Positions 56,777 to 64,000 of a DNA stretch of 64,000 bases are shown here, in pieces; positions within the stretch are counted from its first letter, which is position 1, and every line of letters starts with the position of its first letter. The notes under the pieces were generated by a model. That model was not told the origin of the DNA. It was given only the letters and a program-made list of their open reading frames with translations, and ran no database searches. Both the position numbers and the translations under genes were made by a program. The stretch comes from Terrimicrobiaceae bacterium. Lineage in GTDB: Bacteria > Verrucomicrobiota > Verrucomicrobiia > Chthoniobacterales > Terrimicrobiaceae. Where the stretch lies: contig JBGSVZ010000016.1 in the NCBI GenBank assembly GCA_041752695.1, forward strand, positions 9,222 through 73,221. Reading direction: 5' to 3'.

Positions 56777-58080
56777 CTGCGATTCGCCTGCTCTACAATA
56801 TCGTCTTTCCGTTCGTGCTCCTCGGACTGCTGCCGGGGTTTGTTTTTCGGATGTTGCGCCGGGGCAAATACCGCCACAAATTCGGCCAGCGGTTCGCCAT
56901 CTACTCGCCCCGGGTCCGGGAGAAACTTTCCCGCGGGGGCTGGACCTGGATCCATGCCGTGAGCGTGGGCGAGGTGCTGATTGCCCAGAAATTTATTCGC
57001 GAACTCAAGCGCCGCGAACCTGACCTCCATGTCGTCCTTTCCACCACCACGTCGACGGGGTTTGCCCTTGCCAGCACCGAAAAATCCGACTGGCTCGAAC
57101 CCATCTACAATCCCGTCGATTTTTTCTGGAGTGTGCGGAGCGCCGTGCGGCTGATTCGTCCGCGCCGTCTCATTCTGGTCGAGGCCGAGATCTGGCCGAA
57201 TCTCACCGCCGAGGCGCAAAAGCAGGGTGCGACGCTGGCTTTGGTCAATGCTCGCCTCTCCACCCGCTCTGAAGCGCGCTACCGGAAAGTGCGCACTATC
57301 GTGGCCCCGGTGTTTAATCAGCTCGACCTCCTCTGTGTGCAGGAACCCGCCGATGCGGGGCGATGGGCCGCCCTGGGCGTGGATCCTGGGAAAATTGTGG
57401 TGACGGGGAGCATTAAGTTCGACGATTCCGAGGAAAGCGCCCCTCCGCGCCGCGACTTTCGCCCGGCCCTGCGCGAGCTGGGGGTCGGCGATGGGGTCCC
57501 GATTTTCCTGGCGGGCAGCACCCATGCCGGCGAGGAAAAGCTGCTCGGCGAAATGGTTCAGCGGCTTCGCCTCGCGGTTCCCGATCTTTTTTTTATTGTG
57601 GTGCCCCGCCATGCCGAACGCTGGCGCACGGTGCGGGACGAACTCACCCAGCTCGGCTTTCGTGTGGCGCTGCGAGCCGCGGGTGAACCCTCCGCGCCCG
57701 ATCCTGATGTCCTGCTTGTGAACACCACGGGCGAACTCCGCGAATGGTATGACTGCGCGACGGTCGTTTTTGTCGGCAAGAGCCTCACGGCCAATGGAGG
57801 ACAGAATCCCGCCGAGGCGGTGGCGGCGGGCAAGGCCGTTGTGGTCGGTCCCAACATGCAAAACTTTCTCACGCTCGTCGCCGAGCTCGTGCGCGGACAG
57901 GGAATCGTCCAGGTGCCGGATGTTGCGTCCCTAGAGGCCGTCGTAGGCGATTTGCTCCAGGATCCCGCCCGATGTGCGACTCTCGCAAGCAATGGGGCGA
58001 AATGCCTCGCCGGCCACCATGGGGCCACCGCCAGGACTTGCGAAGCTCTCGAGAACGTCTCCGCACCTGGCCTTTCCTAA
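56773..58080 (+). CDS. waaA: Kdo transferase
   Basis: WIHAVSVGE, EAEIWPN, VNARLS, AGSTHAGEE, VPRHAER, GGQNPAE. Confidence 0.95.
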   Translation: MTAIRLLYNIVFPFVLLGLLPGFVFRMLRRGKYRHKFGQRFAIYSPRVREKLSRGGWTWIHAVSVGEVLIAQKFIRELKRREPDLHVVLSTTTSTGFALASTEKSDWLEPIYNPVDFFWSVRSAVRLIRPRRLILVEAEIWPNLTAEAQKQGATLALVNARLSTRSEARYRKVRTIVAPVFNQLDLLCVQEPADAGRWAALGVDPGKIVVTGSIKFDDSEESAPPRRDFRPALRELGVGDGVPIFLAGSTHAGEEKLLGEMVQRLRLAVPDLFFIVVPRHAERWRTVRDELTQLGFRVALRAAGEPSAPDPDVLLVNTTGELREWYDCATVVFVGKSLTANGGQNPAEAVAAGKAVVVGPNMQNFLTLVAELVRGQGIVQVPDVASLEAVVGDLLQDPARCATLASNGAKCLAGHHGATARTCEALENVSAPGLS

Positions 58081-58208
58081 ATTCTCGACCGTTCCCGATC
58101 GGTCGGGTGACACCATTTCAAGCGGTTGCGGTGTCGGTCGGCGAACGCGGGCCGCGTCTGCCATTTGACCTCCGGGCCACAGGCTGATAAGTATTTCCCC
58201 CTTTTCCA

Positions 58209-60914
58209 ATGAGCAGTTACAAGGACACCCTGAATCTTCCGAAGACCGATTTTCCCATGAAGGCCGGTCTCACCACCCGCGAGCCGGAGATGCTCGCCCG
58301 CTGGGAGGCCGCTGGGTTGTATGGGAAAATTCAGGAAGCGCGGGCCGATGCGCCTTTGTTTGTGCTGCACGACGGCCCTCCTTTTGCGAATGGCGATGTT
58401 CACATGGGCACGGCGCTCAACAAGGTGCTGAAGGATTTTATCGTGAAGTCGCGGTCGATGCTGGGTTTCCGCGCGCCTTTCGTCCCCGGATGGGACTGCC
58501 ACGGGCTGCCCATCGAATTTAAGGTGGTGAAGGAAAGCGCGGGCTTGTCGCCGGTCGAGGTGCGCAAACGCTCCGAGGAATACGCGCGGAAATTTATCGA
58601 CATCCAGCGGCGGCAATTCCGGCGGTTGGGCGTGTTTGGGGACTGGGAAAATCCCTATCTCACCCTCGACCCCGGCTACGAGGCCGAGATCATCCGCGCA
58701 TTTGGCAAGTTTGTGCAAAAAGGCCTCGTCTATCGCAGCAAGAAACCGGTCCTCTGGAGCACCGGCGCCCAAACCGCGCTGGCCGAGGCTGAGGTCGAAT
58801 ATGCGAAACGCACGGATCCGGCGATCTATGTGAAGTTTGTCCTGGCGAATGGCGAGGGACCGCTGGAGGGCGCTTCGTTTGTCATCTGGACAACCACGCC
58901 CTGGACCCTGCCGGCCAACGTGGCCATCGCGGTCGACCCGCGCGCAGATTACGTGGTGGGGGAATTTGAAGGTACGCGGTTTGTCGTGGCAAAGGCGCTG
59001 GCCGAAAGCTTCTCGGCGGCGACGGGATTGAAAATGACCGCCGAACTGGCCGTCCTGAAGGGCGCGGAACTCGCCGGTCTTGAAGCCCAACACCCCTTTC
59101 TGCCTCGCATGTCGCGGGTGATCACGGCGGATTTTGTCACGATGGAAACCGGCACCGGCCAGGTTCACATCGCGCCCGGCCACGGCAAGGACGACTACAT
59201 CGCGGGACAGCAAAACGGCCTGCCGACGCTCTCGCCGGTGGATGATCACGGCAAACTCACCGACGACTGCGGCATGCCGCAATGGGTCGGGAAATACGTC
59301 TTCGCCGCGAACAAGGAGATCGTGGAATTTCTCCGCGGGCAGGGGTCGTTGCTGGCGTCGGAGGATTACACCCACGATTACCCGCATTGCTGGCGCTCGA
59401 AAACGCCGGTCGTTTTCCGCGCCGTCGAACAGTTTTTCATCCGGGTGGACGACATTCGTCCCGGTGCCCTGCGTGCGGTGGACGAAACCAAATGGCTGCC
59501 GCTCTGGGGCCGCAACCGCATCGCGGGCACGGTCGAGTCGCGCCCGGATTGGTGCATCTCCCGCCAGCGCACGTGGGGTGTTCCGCTGCCCGTTTTCTAT
59601 GACGCGGCCGGCGCACCCATCCTCGACCAGGCGGTCATTGAAAAGGTTGCCGACCTGGTAAAAGGGCAGGGGACCAATCTCTGGTTCGAAAAAGACGACG
59701 CCTGGTGGGCGGATGCCGTGGGCCTGCCCGCGGATACGACCCGCCGTAATGATACGCTCGACGTCTGGATCGACTCCGGAGTGTCGCACGAGGCCGTTTT
59801 GCGTCACCGTCCGGAATTGCAGTTTCCCGCGGATGTTTATCTGGAAGCGACCGACCAGCACCGCGGCTGGTTCCAGAGTTCGCTCATGACCAGCGTGGCC
59901 ATGAACGACTGCGCGCCGTACCGCACGGTCATCACCCACGGGTTTGTGGTGGACAAGGACGGCAAAAAAATCTCGAAGTCGGCCGAATACAAAAAGCCCA
60001 CCCACGCGGAACATTTTGTCGATCAATACGGCGCGGACATCCTGCGTCTCTGGGTTTCCTCCGTGCAATACACCGACGAGGTGCCTTTCGGCGAAGATGT
60101 CTTCAAGCAGGTTGCCGAGCGCTATCGCGGCTTCCGCAATGTGCTGCGCATTCTTTTGGCCAATCTGAGCGGATTTTCCGGGGATGATCTGTCCGGCGCG
60201 ACTGAGATCGACCGCTGGGTGTTGAGCCGGTTGCAGGAAGTGATTGCCAAATGCCGCACGGCTTACGAGGCGTATGATTTCCGCGCGGTCTTCGAAACGC
60301 TCAATCAATTTTGCGCCGTGGATCTCAGCGCGATCTACGTGGATATCACGAAGGACCGCATGTATTGCGACGCTTCGAATAGTCCGCGCCGCCGCGCTAC
60401 GCAAACCGTCATGCAAGCCTGCTTCGATGCCGTCACGCGCCTGCTTGCGCCCATCCTGGTCTTCACCGCGGAGGAAGCCTGGGGATTTGCTGGCCGCCCC
60501 GAAAGTGTGCATCTGGAAACCTTCCCCGAGCCCAACGCCGCCCTGCGCGACGAGGCACTGGAAGCCCGCATGGAAGAATGGCTCAAGCTGCGCGGGATCG
60601 TCTATCAACAGGCCATCGAACCCGCCCGTCAGGCGAAGACCATCACTAAGCCGCTCGAGGCCAGCATCACACTGGAAGTGCCGGCAGACCAAGTGGCCGG
60701 GCTGGAGGCGGCAAAAGCCGAACTCGAAGAGTTTTTCATCATCAGCGAACTGACCGTCGTCCCTGCCGCGCAGACCGCAGCGCGCCTGGAAAAATCCTTG
60801 CACACCGGCTGCGCCCGCTGCTGGCGGCTTGTCCCCAGTGTGGGCAAACAGGCTGCCCACGAAGATCTCTGTGATCGTTGCGCCGAGGCCGTGGCGACAG
60901 CTTTGCCAGCGTGA
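58209..60914 (+). CDS. ileS: Isoleucyl-tRNA synthetase (type 1)
   Basis: LHDGPPFANG, GWDCHGLP, WTTTPWTLP, DWCISRQR, C-terminal CARCWR..CDRC zinc finger. Confidence 0.98.
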   Translation: MSSYKDTLNLPKTDFPMKAGLTTREPEMLARWEAAGLYGKIQEARADAPLFVLHDGPPFANGDVHMGTALNKVLKDFIVKSRSMLGFRAPFVPGWDCHGLPIEFKVVKESAGLSPVEVRKRSEEYARKFIDIQRRQFRRLGVFGDWENPYLTLDPGYEAEIIRAFGKFVQKGLVYRSKKPVLWSTGAQTALAEAEVEYAKRTDPAIYVKFVLANGEGPLEGASFVIWTTTPWTLPANVAIAVDPRADYVVGEFEGTRFVVAKALAESFSAATGLKMTAELAVLKGAELAGLEAQHPFLPRMSRVITADFVTMETGTGQVHIAPGHGKDDYIAGQQNGLPTLSPVDDHGKLTDDCGMPQWVGKYVFAANKEIVEFLRGQGSLLASEDYTHDYPHCWRSKTPVVFRAVEQFFIRVDDIRPGALRAVDETKWLPLWGRNRIAGTVESRPDWCISRQRTWGVPLPVFYDAAGAPILDQAVIEKVADLVKGQGTNLWFEKDDAWWADAVGLPADTTRRNDTLDVWIDSGVSHEAVLRHRPELQFPADVYLEATDQHRGWFQSSLMTSVAMNDCAPYRTVITHGFVVDKDGKKISKSAEYKKPTHAEHFVDQYGADILRLWVSSVQYTDEVPFGEDVFKQVAERYRGFRNVLRILLANLSGFSGDDLSGATEIDRWVLSRLQEVIAKCRTAYEAYDFRAVFETLNQFCAVDLSAIYVDITKDRMYCDASNSPRRRATQTVMQACFDAVTRLLAPILVFTAEEAWGFAGRPESVHLETFPEPNAALRDEALEARMEEWLKLRGIVYQQAIEPARQAKTITKPLEASITLEVPADQVAGLEAAKAELEEFFIISELTVVPAAQTAARLEKSLHTGCARCWRLVPSVGKQAAHEDLCDRCAEAVATALPA

Positions 60915-60966
60915 TAAACGGGCCAAAAATCGGACGGGTGGGCCACGCACTCCGACCTGCATTACG

Positions 60967-61449
60967 GTGAAGCTCTGGCTCGTTCTCACCCTCCCGCTCT
61001 TCGTGCTCGATCAGATCACGAAGTTCGCGGTGCTGCGTTGGATCTCGACGGACGACCTCATCCCGGTGATCCCGGGCTTTTTTAATCTCGTGCAAGTCCA
61101 CAACCGCGGTGCGGCGTTTGGCATGATGCGCGACCACAGTTGGTTTTTTGTCGTGCTGGCCTCGGTCGCGATGATCGTGCTGGTGGTAATTACGCTCACC
61201 GGGCGGGTGAAAGACCGCCTGTCCCGTCTGGCCGTGGCTGTTCTCGCCGCCGGGGTCGCTGGCAATCTGACCGACCGGATTTTGCACGGATACGTGATCG
61301 ATTTTCTGGATTTCATCCTCCCCTGGTACGGCCGCTGGCCCGCCTTCAACGTCGCCGATATGTGCATCTGCGTGGCGGCCGGTTTGTTGATCCTGGCGTC
61401 ATTCCTGGATGGAAAAACAGCGAAGCCAGCGGACCTCTCCCCAAGGTAG
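60967..61449 (+). CDS. lspA: Lipoprotein signal peptidase II
   Basis: LDQITK, NRGAAFG, GNLTDR, VIDF, FNVAD. Confidence 0.96.
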   Translation: MKLWLVLTLPLFVLDQITKFAVLRWISTDDLIPVIPGFFNLVQVHNRGAAFGMMRDHSWFFVVLASVAMIVLVVITLTGRVKDRLSRLAVAVLAAGVAGNLTDRILHGYVIDFLDFILPWYGRWPAFNVADMCICVAAGLLILASFLDGKTAKPADLSPR

Positions 61450-61527
61450 GAAGGCCGTTTCCGTCTCTTCCCATCACGATTCAGCTGGCTCTCGCTCTCT
61501 GCAACCAATACCGCGCGTTTTCGCAGC

Positions 61528-61565
61528 GTTACAATAAATGTCCCACCTGGGACATTTATTGTAAC
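61528..61565. repeat. Perfect 18-bp inverted repeat
   Basis: gttacaataaatgtccca-cc-tgggacatttattgtaac. Confidence 0.9.
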
Positions 61566-61677
61566 ACTGTGCGCTCTTGCGCATTCGAGCGATGGGGGGT
61601 GTTTTTTTGGGTGGGAGACTGCGAGGGATTGCAAAAACGCTCTTGGAGTCGGCCCTCTTTCCTCGCAAGATTGCGGA

Positions 61678-62097
61678 ATGACCTATCCCCGCAGTCCTCA
61701 TGAAAAAGTTGGCGGCATTGTTTATTTCGGCCGCATGGTGGAGAAAATCCGGTTGATGGCCGAAGGCCGTTTGCATCCCGAGCTGCATAAAAATCTCGGT
61801 ATCGGGTTCGACGAACGCTGTGTGGATTTTCTCGGGGTTTCGTATGAAGAACTGGCCGCCGTGGTGCGCGAGGGACTTTCCGACGAAGAGTCGCTGGACT
61901 GGTGTTTTGCGCACGGACGCAAACCGACGGAGAACGATATCGAGATCTGGAACGAATTCATGCGCAAGCGCGGCTGGAACGACAGCGGTTCGGAAATCCT
62001 TGCCACGCGCAAGATGGAGAGCGGATTCGAAAACCGCGACGACATTCAGACGATGTTTGATTACATCGACGCCGACGAAGGCCGCACTTCGACTTGA
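61678..62097 (+). CDS. DUF5069-like protein
   Basis: YPRSPHEKVGGIVYFGRMVEKIR...FDYIDADEGR. Confidence 0.8.
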   Translation: MTYPRSPHEKVGGIVYFGRMVEKIRLMAEGRLHPELHKNLGIGFDERCVDFLGVSYEELAAVVREGLSDEESLDWCFAHGRKPTENDIEIWNEFMRKRGWNDSGSEILATRKMESGFENRDDIQTMFDYIDADEGRTST

Positions 62098-62390
62098 TTT
62101 GTTCCCTGGGTTTTGAGGGGGCGGAGAAGACGGCCGGCGAGTTGAAGGGAGAGAAACGCCAGGACCGCAGAGCAGAAAATCACGGCGCCGGTGCGGAGGT
62201 GGCCGGCGGCACCCACGGTGATCCCGATGCCACTGGTGGCGGCAAGGCACGTGGCGATGCACAGCGGACACTTGGGCATGAGGACCAGCGTCGCGGTGGA
62301 GAGCAGGGCGCTCAACGCCCCGGCACACCGGGGCTTGGACAAGTTGGAACGCGCTGGTTCTTTGGCCCAACGGCGGCAGGGGATTTTCAT
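62061..62390 (-). CDS. Small membrane protein with CxxC
   Basis: LVLMPKCPLCIA between hydrophobic segments; ATGA overlap with DUF899 gene. Confidence 0.6.
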   Translation of the reverse strand: MKIPCRRWAKEPARSNLSKPRCAGALSALLSTATLVLMPKCPLCIATCLAATSGIGITVGAAGHLRTGAVIFCSAVLAFLSLQLAGRLLRPLKTQGTNQVEVRPSSASM

Positions 62391-63226
62391 TGGGCGGCCC
62401 CGGTTGTTGTTTCTCCCGCACAGCAAGGTGCGGGTGTGGAGTCGCAGTTGTAGTCGTCGTGGTGACGCCACCAATGCCCGCTTTCGTTCCGGCCCAGAGG
62501 CGTACGGTCGATCCATTGGTATGCGCTCCAGAGGGCGTCGAGTCCGCGCGCATAGGTGGAGTAGGTGTGATAGATGGTTTCATCCTCGCGGATAAACGTG
62601 CTCAGGCCGGGGCGTTCGCGAGCGTAGGTCTCGATGTCGGTTCCGGTCATGAATGCGCCATTTGACGGGCCGTCGGGTGTGGTGCGGGAGGGAATCTCTG
62701 AGTGTTCCGGCGGGCGGGCCCCCAGGGAGGGTTCGCGGCGGTAATTGTAGGTGATGCCGGTGCGCTGCTGGTCCTCGGTGTAGGAAGTGTCGAAGTCGAA
62801 GTTGAAATCCGAGCCGAATGACGAGGCCCACGGGAACGACCAGCCCATACGGCGTTGAAAGGCCTGCAGTTTTTCCAGGGGAGCGCGGGAGACGGCGGTG
62901 AGCGCGACGTCATGGTTTTCCAGATGCACGGCGAAACCGTTGAACCCGTCGGCGATGGCGGAGCAGGACGGGCAGCCGGCCGTGTAGTCGGGGCCGAACA
63001 TAAAATGATAAACGAGCAACTGGGAGCGTCCCCGGAAGAGGTCTGCGAGCGTGGCACTGCCGGTGCCGGTGGCGAAGCGGTACTCCTTTTCGAGGCGCAC
63101 CCAAGGCAATGCCTGGCGCTGACGGGCCAGTTCGTCACCGCGGCGGGTGTGTTCTTTTTCCGCTTCGAGCAGTGTGAGCCTCGCGGCCAGCCATTGCTCG
63201 CGGGTTCCGGTCGGATGGATGGGCAT
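62387..63226 (-). CDS. DUF899 thioredoxin-like protein
   Basis: EKEHTR, LPWV, LLVYHFM, GCPSCS, YHTYSTYARG, DRTPLGRNE, WWRHHD; ATG 63226. Confidence 0.9.
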   Translation of the reverse strand: MPIHPTGTREQWLAARLTLLEAEKEHTRRGDELARQRQALPWVRLEKEYRFATGTGSATLADLFRGRSQLLVYHFMFGPDYTAGCPSCSAIADGFNGFAVHLENHDVALTAVSRAPLEKLQAFQRRMGWSFPWASSFGSDFNFDFDTSYTEDQQRTGITYNYRREPSLGARPPEHSEIPSRTTPDGPSNGAFMTGTDIETYARERPGLSTFIREDETIYHTYSTYARGLDALWSAYQWIDRTPLGRNESGHWWRHHDDYNCDSTPAPCCAGETTTGAAQ

Positions 63227-63319
63227 GGGGATTTTCAATGGTGTGGTGAAGTTTGGTGCTGGGAAAAACTTATCGCTGGGCAAGAGAGGCAGTGAGTGAC
63301 AATTGTGTCGCGATTTCCG

Positions 63320-64000
63320 ATGGACCCGCATCTCTCCGCCGCCGCCCACGCGCTCCAGTCGGGAAATCCACTCCTGGCTCTCAAGGTCGTGGGTCTGCGC
63401 GGAGAGCCTCCTGCGCTGGCTCTCCGGGGTATCGCCATGGCGCAACTTGAGGAATTCGGCCCGGCGAAAATGCTTCTAAAAAAAGCGGCGCGCGCGTTTG
63501 GAACGAAGGACGCTGTTGCCCGGGCACGCTGCTTGGTGGCCATGGCGGAGATTGCCTTTGTCCTACGCGATCTCGGGTGGCCGGTCGCGGAGCTGGATGC
63601 CGCCAGGAGGGTGCTGGAAAAACACGGGGATGGGCTCAATGCCGCCCATGTCCGGCACTTGCAGGCGAGGCGGTTGTTGCTGCTCGGAAAACTCGGGGAA
63701 GCCGGGCGTACTCTTCGGGAGGTCGATCCCGCGGTGCTTCCTCCTGCCCGGCAGGTCGCGCATGCCCTTATCGAATCCGGCCTGGCCTTGAGAGGGTTGC
63801 GCATTGCTGCAGCCCGGCAGGCCTTCGCGGAGGCGCGTGCCGCGGCGGTGCGCAGCGGAATTCCCGCCCTGCGGGTCGAAGTGGAGAAAGCGGCGCTGGT
63901 GCTCGACGAGCCTGCCGCCCGCCTGATCACGCGGGGAAGGGAACGCCTGCTCCGGCTCGACGAGGTGGCAACACTCCTGCGATCACGCGTGCTGGTTGTT
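63320..64000 (+). CDS. Putative TPR/HTH regulator usually found divergent from DUF899 genes; 3'-truncated, absent from ORF track
   Basis: ATG 63320 MDPHLSAAAHALQSGNPLLALKVVGLRGEPPALALRGIAMAQL; reads to the window end. Confidence 0.8.
   Translation, partial: MDPHLSAAAHALQSGNPLLALKVVGLRGEPPALALRGIAMAQLEEFGPAKMLLKKAARAFGTKDAVARARCLVAMAEIAFVLRDLGWPVAELDAARRVLEKHGDGLNAAHVRHLQARRLLLLGKLGEAGRTLREVDPAVLPPARQVAHALIESGLALRGLRIAAARQAFAEARAAAVRSGIPALRVEVEKAALVLDEPAARLITRGRERLLRLDEVATLLRSRVLVV

Noticed and set aside
58081..58208. T-box before ileS
   Set aside because: Too short and no T-box sequence.
58077..60989. 970-aa minus-strand ORF
   Set aside because: Antisense shadow of ileS; no motifs; expected in GC-rich DNA.
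1..64000. CRISPR array, retron/DGR, prophage, IS
   Set aside because: No regularly spaced repeats or RT, Cas, phage or transposase motifs seen.

Overview
GC-rich bacterial chromosomal window, most likely Verrucomicrobiota (Chthoniobacterales/Terrimicrobium-like). This is inferred from a Verru_Chthon cassette protein A gene and an Amuc_1098-1102-type pilus operon. 1-16 kb is a carbohydrate-utilisation locus: the 3' end of Verru_Chthon protein A, three multimodular secreted GH16 enzymes, a CE2-like esterase, a secreted CBM-like protein, two GH1s, ROK and SIS proteins, and an inverted oxidoreductase/TIM-barrel pair whose TIM-barrel gene has an in-frame TAA. 16-40 kb mixes housekeeping genes (rnhA, metF, pdxJ, bioF, trpD, aroD, tRNA-Leu-TAA) with accessory modules: a PLD plus split chromate-transporter operon, GT-C-type membrane glycosylation genes, an HTH-MNT/HEPN toxin-antitoxin pair bracketed by a 35-bp degenerate direct repeat, and AraC/AKR/YphC-like genes. 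40-50 kb is a PilMNOPQ-like operon with two tandem full-length secretins. 50-64 kb holds coaE, a rho with a degenerate primary RNA-binding site, envelope genes, ileS-lspA, an 18-bp perfect palindrome and a DUF899 module. Intergenic regions carry short-period tandem and REP-like repeats. No CRISPR, rRNA, integrase or transposase was seen. All family assignments come from reading motifs by eye, not from database searches. Many start codons were re-chosen relative to the ORF track.
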